Assembly: GCA_029261195.1 (NCBI GenBank)
Contig: JAJDBU010000036.1
Location: 6,087-70,086 of the forward strand
Length of the DNA: 64,000 bases
Source of the DNA: Nitrospirota bacterium
GTDB lineage: Bacteria > Nitrospirota > Nitrospiria > SBBL01 > JAADHI01
Direction of reading: 5' to 3'
A program made the translations under genes and the position numbers. The notes beneath the pieces were generated by a model. It worked only from the letters and a program-made list of their open reading frames with translations, was not told where the DNA came from and searched no databases. Below are positions 9,335-17,769 of this stretch, one piece after another. Numbering within the stretch: position 1 is the first letter of the stretch; each line of letters begins with the position of its first letter.

Positions 9335-10057
9335 TTATGAGCCATCGCCCAATAGAGCGGCGATCCTTTTAAAATCGGCCCCATTCACAAATTGGTTGTT
9401 GATCCAAAGTGCGGGAGTCCCCCGGACATTGAGTCTTTTCCCAACTTGTTTGTGTTGATTGAGGAGAATCGTCACACCTTCCTCCTCGCATGGCACTGGC
9501 AGCTCATTATCAAACTTGCCAGTCAGTGCATCCTCATAGGCCTTCTGTCTGTCTTTAGCGCAGAGGATATGCCTCGCCTTTTTTTCAGCATGTGGATGGA
9601 GTTTTAGAATCGGGAAAAGAAAGACGTAGCGGGTCAGGTCGTCTCTTTCCGAAAAATACTTATGGGTTTTTCGGCAAAAGGGGCAGTCCGGATCCACCAC
9701 CTCTATGACGGTGTTAGGCCCGTTTCCAATCTTGATCGCAATGTCGAGAGGCAGGTCTTGAAGCCTGGCGGTAATGAGTTCGTTTTTTCTTTCCTGGGTC
9801 AGGTTGATCTTTTGACTGTTCCAGAGTTCACCGAGAAAGAGGATTTTTGATTCCGGGTGGTAATAAAAGATCCCGTCATTCACGGTCAGCTCATAAATGC
9901 CGTCCATCCCCGTTTCTGAGATGCGGTCAATTTTTGTATTAGGAAGTTGATCTCGAATGATTATTGCGGCTTCCGCAGGTTCTTCATGGGCATGGGCTAA
10001 TTGCAGTGTGAAAGTGAAAAGGATGCCGGTGATTAAAATAAGCCGTTCTAATTTCAT
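9335..10057 (-). CDS. DsbC/TrbB-like periplasmic thiol:disulfide isomerase
   Basis: 240 aa with a signal peptide and the thioredoxin-fold CxxC motif DPDCPFCRK. The C-terminal VRGTPALWINNQ is typical of the DsbC/DsbG family. Such genes are common in F-type tra operons that encode Cys-rich TraN. Confidence 0.8.
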   Translation of the reverse strand: MKLERLILITGILFTFTLQLAHAHEEPAEAAIIIRDQLPNTKIDRISETGMDGIYELTVNDGIFYYHPESKILFLGELWNSQKINLTQERKNELITARLQDLPLDIAIKIGNGPNTVIEVVDPDCPFCRKTHKYFSERDDLTRYVFLFPILKLHPHAEKKARHILCAKDRQKAYEDALTGKFDNELPVPCEEEGVTILLNQHKQVGKRLNVRGTPALWINNQFVNGADFKRIAALLGDGS

Positions 10058-10689
10058 GATTGCGCTCCTTCTGGTTCTATGATTTCCACCCGAATCTCCA
10101 CCCGCCGGTTGAGCCCTCTTTTTTTAGAGATCGGGCAACAACTTCCCTTCCCCTCTATGTCCACCCTGCGCAGACCCTGCGCCTTGAGCCGACGTGCGAC
10201 CGTTTCGGCCCGCCTCAACGAAAGTTGCTTGTTATAGCCTTCCGGTCCGATGTCACAGGTGTAGCCAAGGACGGCGATCCTAATATTGCCCGGCATCGCC
10301 TCTATTTTCTTGATGACCTTGTTCAGTTTTTTTATCGCCTCCGTAGAGAGCCGATCTGCGTCAAAACCAAAAGGAATGGTGAATCTGGCCGGTTTTGATT
10401 TCATTTTTACTCCCTTTACTGGTGTTGTTTTGCTTGGTGCTTTTTGCAGAGCGGATGCCTTCAAGGCCAAGGGCGGTGTCACTAAGGCGCGTGCCAGATC
10501 CGGCGACTCTGGACAGTCACAGATGACAAAGGACTCACCTTCTGAAAAGTGGATCGGTGACTCTGAGCTGTATTGATACGCTTCCATGACAATCTCAGCC
10601 GCAACGCTTTGCTGAACGAAGCAGAGCGTGCTGAGGAGCCATACCCACTGTTTTGCCTTCCGTCTGAAATTAAAAAATCTGAACACCAT
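10054..10689 (-). CDS. OmpA-family peptidoglycan-binding protein
   Basis: This is ORF 10054..10728 trimmed to ATG 10689 (MVFRFFNFRRKAKQWVWLLSTLCFVQQSVAA, signal-like). The C-terminal OmpA_C-like block is GYTCDIGPEGYNKQLSLRRAETVARRL...NRRVEIRV. Confidence 0.8.
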   Translation of the reverse strand: MVFRFFNFRRKAKQWVWLLSTLCFVQQSVAAEIVMEAYQYSSESPIHFSEGESFVICDCPESPDLARALVTPPLALKASALQKAPSKTTPVKGVKMKSKPARFTIPFGFDADRLSTEAIKKLNKVIKKIEAMPGNIRIAVLGYTCDIGPEGYNKQLSLRRAETVARRLKAQGLRRVDIEGKGSCCPISKKRGLNRRVEIRVEIIEPEGAQS

Positions 10690-10727
10690 CTTGTTTGCTC
10701 CCCTGATCGATTGTGTAAACGATAACA

Positions 10728-10814
10728 CCGATCCTCAGCCAAAAATCAGGTCATTTTCGGCAAAATGCCCCCCCTCTTATGCCGAAAACGTGACGATTTT
10801 CGGCTGAGGATCGG
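10728..10814. repeat. Nested inverted repeats in the divergent tra/T4CP intergenic region (candidate oriT or operator)
   Basis: The outer arms are CCGATCCTCAGCCaAAAATC (10728..10747) and GATTTTcGGCTGAGGATCGG (10795..10814), matching 19/20. The inner arms are TTTTCGGCA (10754..10762) and TGCCGAAAA (10780..10788), matching 9/9. Confidence 0.8.
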
Positions 10815-10849
10815 CTGTATGATTAAGGGAACTATTTGGAGGCAATACA

Positions 10850-11863
10850 ATGAAAAATAAACGCATTTATATCGGGAAGAGAAATCTTCTTGGACAATAT
10901 CTCTCTTTAGAGGAACGATTAGGACATATTTTAATCACCCCTTCCCGGGCAGAAGTCACCCGGCAGTTCTGGCTCCATCTTGTAGGGAAGGAGATGGAGC
11001 AGCCTTGTTCTTCTATTATTTTTACCCATAACCCGGACACGGCGAAAAAGATCGGAGCCCTGACCGGTAACAGAAAGGTCCTGCTGCGTTTGGATCCGGA
11101 TCATCCCGATTCGCTCTCACTCAATCCGCTCTTCCATTCAGATCTGTCGACCCCCAAATGGCTGGCCGATTTTTTCTTCGGGTCTGAGGGCGAGAGTGGA
11201 AAGCATCATTCGGCAAGACAGATACTGGAGGGGCTTTTTGAGATTGCGAGTAACGATCCCTGCAAGGACAGAAGCCTGCCGGATCTCTATCGGCAAGTGG
11301 GTCTGGGACTGAATTGCCTGAAAGAATGGCTCTATTTCCAGGAAGGCCTTCTGCATCTGGCGCTCCTGGACAGGATGAATCAGGTTAGTCCAAACGATCA
11401 GGCGGAGATCCTACGTGAGATCTATTCACAACTCTCTTTCTTTCAGAATTTTCGGACTGAGGCAGTCTTTTCGAGACCGACGATCTATGCACCGATCTAT
11501 TATCACCAGCCAAGCGTCCTGATAGTCTATCTCTCTCCGGAGCTTCCGGAATCGCGGCGACTATTGCGGCTTGCCTTCCTTTCCATCGCACATCAAATTC
11601 TGTCTTTCCCTCCAGGAGCTTGTCCTCTGCCTCTCTATTTTCATATGGACGAAGTCGATCCTCTTCCCGAAGACATCCTGATGGGACTGGGTAAACGACA
11701 TGCCGGTCTGACTTATTTGAGCAAGCACTCAGAGGCTTATGAAGGTTGCGGCATCGAAATCAGGGTAGCTGAAGGGATGAGTGAATTGATCCGGGAGGGA
11801 GGAGAGGCAAGACCTTTTCATCCCGCTTTGGAAAAGGCTGCCGTTTCTTCTCAGTATCAATAA
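10850..11863 (+). CDS. Hypothetical protein; possible degenerate (Walker-A-less, TM-less) coupling-protein paralogue
   Basis: 337 aa, located 10 nt upstream of the T4CP gene. Its segments parallel the soluble domain of the adjacent T4CP: LRLDPDHPDSLSLNPL vs ILFDPFHPHCIGFEPL, and LYFHMDEVDPLPEDIL vs FFYLDEFYALHLPDL. Where the P-loop would be, it reads HILITPSRAEVTRQF. Confidence 0.4.
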   Translation: MKNKRIYIGKRNLLGQYLSLEERLGHILITPSRAEVTRQFWLHLVGKEMEQPCSSIIFTHNPDTAKKIGALTGNRKVLLRLDPDHPDSLSLNPLFHSDLSTPKWLADFFFGSEGESGKHHSARQILEGLFEIASNDPCKDRSLPDLYRQVGLGLNCLKEWLYFQEGLLHLALLDRMNQVSPNDQAEILREIYSQLSFFQNFRTEAVFSRPTIYAPIYYHQPSVLIVYLSPELPESRRLLRLAFLSIAHQILSFPPGACPLPLYFHMDEVDPLPEDILMGLGKRHAGLTYLSKHSEAYEGCGIEIRVAEGMSELIREGGEARPFHPALEKAAVSSQYQ

Positions 11864-11872
11864 TCGTGGAGA

Positions 11873-13666
11873 GTGAAAATGGATCAAATCGAATCGATCA
11901 GGAATAGCGGCCTTATATCAGATCAGGTGTTCTTTATTTTTATCGGCATTCTTCTTGTTTTTATCATTGTTGTCGGCGCGACACGCTCAGGTCGACGGGG
12001 ATCGGGCCGTTATGCGGGGACTTTCGAGTTGCTGAAACATCTCGGAAACTGGGCACGCTTCCCGCTCTCGCTTTTTGCATTTCTTCTAGTCCTTACGGTC
12101 TGCATCAGCACGGCCCTTGGCTTGGGAGCTTACTTCGCTGGAGGGTCTTTTTTTTCGGATCAGGGTCAGCTTGTCATGGCGCTTGGAGGGACATTGAGCG
12201 CTGCGGTGTTCCTGTTTTGGCAGTTATATGAGCATGTCTTGCTTCCCCCGGAGAAGAACCGTTATCTCCTGGGGACAAGGCGCTTTCTCTTTTCCGTGCC
12301 CTTGTCCCTGCCTGAAAAAGACCGCTTTGAACATATCCGGATGATGGGGCGTGCCGGTACGGGAAAGACGACTGGTTTTATCTTTCCGCAACTGATTGAA
12401 GATGCCTCAGGGGATTGCTCTTCTATCCTGCTGGATGTGAAATCCCCGGAAGCATACGAAACGATTGCGGGCGCATGGCAGGCACAGGGGAAGAAGGTGA
12501 TCCTATTTGATCCTTTTCATCCCCATTGTATCGGTTTTGAACCCCTCGCATCGGCAAGCGAAGGCCTGTTGTCACGGCTTGAGATGACCGTTTTTGGAAA
12601 ACAGAATACCAATGGGAATGACAATTCGATCTGGTTTGATGTGCAGGAGCGGCGGCTCTTTACCCTCGTCTGTCAGCTGGTCCAGGGATATAAAAAACGG
12701 AGCCAGGTTTGTCTGCCGATGGTTTACCAACTCCTCTTGAGGGGTCTGCCATCCTTGCAGGCGGCGGTGACCTACTGCGGCAATCCCTCTCTTCAGGGGG
12801 ATTTTACAGAACTCTTCAATTACAAGAACCGTCTGCATGATATTCTCAGCGGGGTCTTAAATCACCTTGACCTTTTTGGGGAACCGGAGATCAGAGCTGC
12901 CTTCTCCCGACCGGACCTCGACATTGATCTCCTCTTCCGTGAACCGACCCTCCTGATTATTGCCAGTCCTCACAGCAACCCGAAGGCGCGTTTGGCCGCA
13001 TCCATTCTACTCCGTACCCTGATGAACAAGGTTTATGAGAAACCGGTCCGGACAGAAAAAGACGGTGCATCCGTCTTTTTCTACCTGGATGAGTTTTATG
13101 CCCTGCATCTGCCCGATCTGGCTGATTTTGCAAACACGGCCCGTTCTGCACGGGTCGGTATCTTGACCGGACTGCAATCGGAAGAGCAGCTCTACCGCTA
13201 TGAACGGCACGAGGCGGCATCGATTGCGATCAATACCAAGACAAATATTTATTTGCAGGGCTGCGATCTTGCGACATGCAAGGTATTAAGCGATCAGCTT
13301 GGAAAAACCCTGATCAAAGACAAGCGGGTTTCACGATCAATGAAACGAGGTTCAATGACCTCCATCGGACATATCGAGACCGCTCTTGAGACCCCCGATA
13401 TGATTCAGAACCTGCCGCTTGATCAAGCCCTGATTTTCTCTGGAGGGATGCGGGGTTTTAAGGTCAAGCAGATCTCTTCATTTAAGACCCGATGGATCAA
13501 AAAAAGGATCGGTCTGCCTGCACGGGCCTATCGGCCTGTCGATGAACCCCTGGTCGCCCCTTCATATAAAGATTTCGATCTGCCTGAGCTGCCTCCGGGT
13601 GGACCGGAGGGCCGCCCACCTTCTGTCCCGACACCTGATGATGGAGAGATCCTGGGGTGGCAGTAG
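11873..13666 (+). CDS. Type IV coupling protein (VirD4/TraD/TraG family)
   Basis: 597 aa. It has N-terminal TM segments, Walker A MMGRAGTGKTTGF and Walker B FFYLDEFYAL. An alternative ATG at 11879 sits behind GGAGAG. Confidence 0.85.
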   Translation: MKMDQIESIRNSGLISDQVFFIFIGILLVFIIVVGATRSGRRGSGRYAGTFELLKHLGNWARFPLSLFAFLLVLTVCISTALGLGAYFAGGSFFSDQGQLVMALGGTLSAAVFLFWQLYEHVLLPPEKNRYLLGTRRFLFSVPLSLPEKDRFEHIRMMGRAGTGKTTGFIFPQLIEDASGDCSSILLDVKSPEAYETIAGAWQAQGKKVILFDPFHPHCIGFEPLASASEGLLSRLEMTVFGKQNTNGNDNSIWFDVQERRLFTLVCQLVQGYKKRSQVCLPMVYQLLLRGLPSLQAAVTYCGNPSLQGDFTELFNYKNRLHDILSGVLNHLDLFGEPEIRAAFSRPDLDIDLLFREPTLLIIASPHSNPKARLAASILLRTLMNKVYEKPVRTEKDGASVFFYLDEFYALHLPDLADFANTARSARVGILTGLQSEEQLYRYERHEAASIAINTKTNIYLQGCDLATCKVLSDQLGKTLIKDKRVSRSMKRGSMTSIGHIETALETPDMIQNLPLDQALIFSGGMRGFKVKQISSFKTRWIKKRIGLPARAYRPVDEPLVAPSYKDFDLPELPPGGPEGRPPSVPTPDDGEILGWQ

Positions 13667-13737
13667 GCAGTAGTGTTTTAAAAAGATTGTTCTCAGTTGA
13701 CGGTTTACGGTGACCGTCAAAGGCAGGGAATTCATTT

Positions 13738-15477
13738 GTGAAAACCATCAATCCCTTCGAAGAGGTCAAGCGCCGGGTCGACATTGTCGCAGTTATCGAG
13801 AAGTTCACCGGAATGGCTGTGACAGGCAGGGGAAACCATCGCCAGTTACCGGAGTGCCCCTTTTGCAAGGGGCATCACTGCTTTTCTATTACGATCGACA
13901 AGCAGCTCTTCAACTGTTTCCAGTGTCCGGGTGAGTCAACTGGCGGGGATGTGTTTTCCTTTCTCGCTAGGCTTAAAGGATACGATCTCCGTTCCGCTTT
14001 GGAAACCCTTGCAGTAGAGGTGGGGGTATTACTCCCCCATGCTTCCGTTCGCTCAAAACCGGGAATACGGGAAGAGATCATGAGGCAGACCAAGGCCGAC
14101 TGGAGCCTGCCGGAGGCAAAGTCTTTTTGGGACTACCTGGTTGATGAGAGGAAATTATCCGGACAAGTCTTGAAAGCACATGATGTCGGTTATCTGAGAA
14201 GCCGGTCAGACCTGATCTCAAATCTGAAAAAAAAGGGTTATGCCTACGATGAAATCAAAGACTCCGGGATTCTGACCAGGGATTTCGGGGGGCGCTATCG
14301 CATTTTGTTCGGCTGGCGTGGTCTTGATGGAAAGATTGAGGGCTTCGTTTGCGCGATGACAAGGAATGCGCTTGCAAGCATTCCCCTTGCCGAAAAAGAC
14401 CGCTATCCGAAATATAAAAAGAGTGCGCATTTTCAGGCTCAATCGCCCTACAACCTCTTTTATGCCAAGCGCCGTGTTCCGGATGACCGGACACTCGTGA
14501 TCGTGGAAGGAATTGTCGATTGTCTTCAGTTGCGGTCGCATGGCATTCATAACGTCGTTGCCCTGGGTGGGAGTGCTTTAAAGGAGGTGTTCATTCCGGC
14601 CTTGGAGCGCACACGTTTTGAGCGTTTGATCCTTTTGTTTGACAGCGATCACGCCGGTACGGAGGGGACGGATCGGGCGATTCGGATTTTACTGAAAGAG
14701 GGTCCCAAGTTCTCTCTCTATGTGGCGCAGATCGGGGCCTGTGATCCGGAGGATGAAACGCGGATCATCAAGGATCCGGATGAAGTGATCTGTAAAAAAG
14801 GGCCGGAGGTTCTCCGGGCTGTCATTGATGTCCCGGTTAAGGCCGGTCCCTGGATAGTCGGTGCGATGTGGAATCAGAACGATATGAAGAATCCCTTGCA
14901 CCGGGATAAGGTATTACAAGATGTCGGTACCCTATGGCATTGTTTTCCCGATGAGGTCGAAAAAAAGGAGATGCTTGTCGTTTTATCCGAGGCCTGTGCT
15001 TTGCCGCAGGCTTATATTCTGAAGACGATTGAGCAATACGGGGCACGACTTAGAAAGACGATCACGGATGTAAATAAGGCGAATATTGCCGAGCAATCCA
15101 CGGGGAATAAGGGAGTTGCTTCTTCTGCTCAAACGGAAAAACACACTGCGCTCAAAATAAAACTCAAGTCGGAGGTCCGGAAAAACCGGGAGCTTGTCCA
15201 AACGAATCGGCTGTTATTAAAGGCCTATACCCGCCTTATCTGTCAGGCGAAGGCGCTGTCTAAAGCGGGACTGCTCTGGCATGTCTCCCGCTTAGCGGAA
15301 GGCCATACGATGCTGATCAAGCGCATCCGAAACGATCCGAATAAGGCGACGGCATTGATCAAGAAGGTGGACGCTGTTTTCTCTGCTTCGAAATTGAATG
15401 ATCTCGCGCAGATCAATCGGGATATTGAAGATCTGTCCGAAACTTCGGAGCCAGGCGGGAGCACAGACCATGCTTAA
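13738..15477 (+). CDS. DnaG-type DNA primase (CHC2 zinc finger + Toprim)
   Basis: GTG start. The zinc finger is CPFCKGHHCFSITIDKQLFNCFQCPGESTGGDVFSF. The Toprim region reads LVIVEGIVDCLQL...LLFDSDHAGTEGTDRA. Confidence 0.85.
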   Translation: MKTINPFEEVKRRVDIVAVIEKFTGMAVTGRGNHRQLPECPFCKGHHCFSITIDKQLFNCFQCPGESTGGDVFSFLARLKGYDLRSALETLAVEVGVLLPHASVRSKPGIREEIMRQTKADWSLPEAKSFWDYLVDERKLSGQVLKAHDVGYLRSRSDLISNLKKKGYAYDEIKDSGILTRDFGGRYRILFGWRGLDGKIEGFVCAMTRNALASIPLAEKDRYPKYKKSAHFQAQSPYNLFYAKRRVPDDRTLVIVEGIVDCLQLRSHGIHNVVALGGSALKEVFIPALERTRFERLILLFDSDHAGTEGTDRAIRILLKEGPKFSLYVAQIGACDPEDETRIIKDPDEVICKKGPEVLRAVIDVPVKAGPWIVGAMWNQNDMKNPLHRDKVLQDVGTLWHCFPDEVEKKEMLVVLSEACALPQAYILKTIEQYGARLRKTITDVNKANIAEQSTGNKGVASSAQTEKHTALKIKLKSEVRKNRELVQTNRLLLKAYTRLICQAKALSKAGLLWHVSRLAEGHTMLIKRIRNDPNKATALIKKVDAVFSASKLNDLAQINRDIEDLSETSEPGGSTDHA

Positions 15478-16294
15478 GGGTGTGCATCTGACCGACCGGG
15501 ACATTGAGATCTTTAAATATCTCGCTTATGGCCCGGCCTTTGAGGACGACCTTCATGTCCGCTTTTTTGTCGGAAGGGGAAAGCAGGTTATTCGGAAGGT
15601 GTTGCTTCGCAGAATGAAGAAACTCCTTGATGAAAAATTTATTGCCTGTTTACGTCCGAAACGGATGCAGGGAAGGGTGAGTGATCATCGCCCCGTTTAT
15701 TTTTTGGCTGAAGCTGGCATCAATCTTTTGGGGGGTGAAAGACTGATGCCAGCAGATCGGATTCGGCATGTCCGCTTGGATGTGAGGACCATTTTTCATG
15801 AGGTGATTGTGACGCGACTGGTCCGCAAAATCTATGACGGGGATCCAACGCGCTATCAGGTGGTGAGGCTTTACGATCATCAGGATTTGTCCAAATTGGT
15901 GCAGAAGGCGAGGATGAAGCGGATACCGGATTTACGTTTTTCCGTACAGCTTCGCAATGGCTCCTTTTTCAGTTACATCGTAGAAGTCGATGCGGGAACG
16001 ACGCATATGCCGGAGTTCATCCAGAAATTGATTGTCTTTTTGCAGATTAAAAAGGTACTGGCCCCGGTGGGTAGCAAGGAGCCGGTGGGCTTCCTGATCG
16101 TCGCGCATACATCCGATCGGATGGCGAAGCTACAACGTGCTGTGATCGAAAGTCGGCCGATGACAAAGCTTGTGCCTTATTTTCTCTTTAACACGATACA
16201 GAACATTGATAACCATCTCGGTTTGTATAATGCCTGGTACCGAGCGGATGGGAAGAAAATCGACTTGATTTTTAGAGGGAATCGGAGGGTTTGA
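15470..16294 (+). CDS. Replication-relaxation (Replic_Relax) family protein
   Basis: This is ORF 15398..16294 trimmed to ATG 15470, which overlaps the primase stop (ATGCTTAA). The N-terminal wHTH-like HLTDRDIEIFKYLAYG...RRMKKLLDEKFIA...PVYFLAEAGINLL and the later HEVIVTRL...PDLRFSV...VEVDAGT resemble this family. Confidence 0.6.
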   Translation: MLKGVHLTDRDIEIFKYLAYGPAFEDDLHVRFFVGRGKQVIRKVLLRRMKKLLDEKFIACLRPKRMQGRVSDHRPVYFLAEAGINLLGGERLMPADRIRHVRLDVRTIFHEVIVTRLVRKIYDGDPTRYQVVRLYDHQDLSKLVQKARMKRIPDLRFSVQLRNGSFFSYIVEVDAGTTHMPEFIQKLIVFLQIKKVLAPVGSKEPVGFLIVAHTSDRMAKLQRAVIESRPMTKLVPYFLFNTIQNIDNHLGLYNAWYRADGKKIDLIFRGNRRV

Positions 16295-16363
16295 CAATGC
16301 CTCTTGTGTCATCAATTAGAGAGAGAAGATCATTGATACAATATTACAAATTTTGTCTCAGAT

Positions 16364-17716
16364 TCAGACCCCTTTTACAAGCAATGTCCCTTTTGTTGGT
16401 TCTGGTAGGTTATCTGCATGACATTCATATTCTAAAGTTGCTGTTTCCCCTTTTTTCAAAAAAGGACACAAGTATATCCTATGCTCTTTTATTTCATAGT
16501 TATGATTATGCATTAACTTATCATCAATATTAATTGTTAATAAGTGACGCTCAGCAAGAACTTTGACGCTTTGGCTATGTGTGAACCAACTAGGGGATCT
16601 TGGGATATTTAGGCGAGGCCGCTTTATCACAGGGGGCCTATACCCCCTGATACTACTAGTATCGAGTTTCGCCCTATCAATTATTTTACATATCCTGTCA
16701 GGAATTTTATTACTAAATGGAATAGTTATTTCACGAAGTTTTTCATATTCCAGAAATTTTATTTTTGGGTCAGAATTGATGTAAATGATCATATTTTCTG
16801 CGGGACAGTGTCCCGAATTGAAAATATTTAATGTTAGATATGTTGGAATCTTATATTTTTTTTGATTATCCAATGGTTTAGCAAGCTCGATGGCTCTTGT
16901 TTCTAAATGATATTTTCTTTCAAATTCATCAAAATTATCCTCTAACAGACTAATAGAATCCGTAAGCCTCTTCACATAGTCAAAAAAATAATCGGCCGCA
17001 TATGGATGAAAAACGGTTCCATCTGGTAGCTGTTCTGTGATTTCATTTAGTTCTTCTTTTTTACTTCTAACTACTTCAACAATATCCAAGGATATTTGAA
17101 TGCTTTTTAGACTCTCTAGTATTTCTCCTCTGTTAAGGGGTTCTATCTGGTGAACCGTTAGAGATGTATTATTGTTATTTTTGGAATCCCTGAAATAAAC
17201 TTCTAAATAAGGTTCAATTTTTTCTACCAAATTTATGCCACTGCTTTTCATTTGAGAAACTTCATCTGGCCGGGCTTCTGCGGTTGAGGAACCGCGGCGG
17301 ATATAAACAGTATCCTTAGTTAGTTTTCCATAATTCCTATTCAGGAAATTTGGCCTTTCCTGAATAGGAATAGTTATAATTCCGATTTTTTTATCGTCGA
17401 AATTATATGCTTTATAACTAAAATTGATTGGTCGATATGTTTTACTATTAACGAATTGTTGTAGCGTGGCATCATCCAAGTCTGTCTTGATTTCATGAAC
17501 AATGCTTTTCCCACCTTTTATTTCTTCAACACCTATCAATATATATCTATCTGTTCTTGCCCAACTATTTGAAAATGCAAGAATATCTTTTAATAACTCA
17601 CTTTTTATATGGTCATTTTTACCTTCAAATTCGTACTGTTCTCTTTTAAAATCTAAACTGGAATCTTCCTCCTCAAATAAAAGACTTTCTATGAAATTGC
17701 TATCAATATTTTCCAT
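16364..17716 (-). CDS. AlbA_2 (Schlafen-type 'divergent AAA') domain protein with uncharacterised C-terminal half
   Basis: 450 aa. The N-terminal ESLLFEEEDSSLDFKREQYEF...LLKDILAFSNSWARTDRYILIGVEE is the AlbA_2 signature as I recall it. The gene is low GC. It is co-oriented with hsdS and lies 53 nt downstream of it. Confidence 0.6.
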   Translation of the reverse strand: MENIDSNFIESLLFEEEDSSLDFKREQYEFEGKNDHIKSELLKDILAFSNSWARTDRYILIGVEEIKGGKSIVHEIKTDLDDATLQQFVNSKTYRPINFSYKAYNFDDKKIGIITIPIQERPNFLNRNYGKLTKDTVYIRRGSSTAEARPDEVSQMKSSGINLVEKIEPYLEVYFRDSKNNNNTSLTVHQIEPLNRGEILESLKSIQISLDIVEVVRSKKEELNEITEQLPDGTVFHPYAADYFFDYVKRLTDSISLLEDNFDEFERKYHLETRAIELAKPLDNQKKYKIPTYLTLNIFNSGHCPAENMIIYINSDPKIKFLEYEKLREITIPFSNKIPDRICKIIDRAKLDTSSIRGYRPPVIKRPRLNIPRSPSWFTHSQSVKVLAERHLLTINIDDKLMHNHNYEIKEHRIYLCPFLKKGETATLEYECHADNLPEPTKGTLLVKGV

Positions 17717-17769
17717 TATTTAATTAAGAGAATATCCATAAAAAAAGAAGGGATTTTCCTTGTTCTGTA

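Noticed and set aside
16291-16784. Plus-strand ORFs 16291..16533 and 16563..16784 after the Replic_Relax gene.
   Set aside because: They are antisense to the AlbA_2 gene 3' region in AT-rich DNA. Their hydrophobic, low-complexity translations are typical of AT-rich off-frames.
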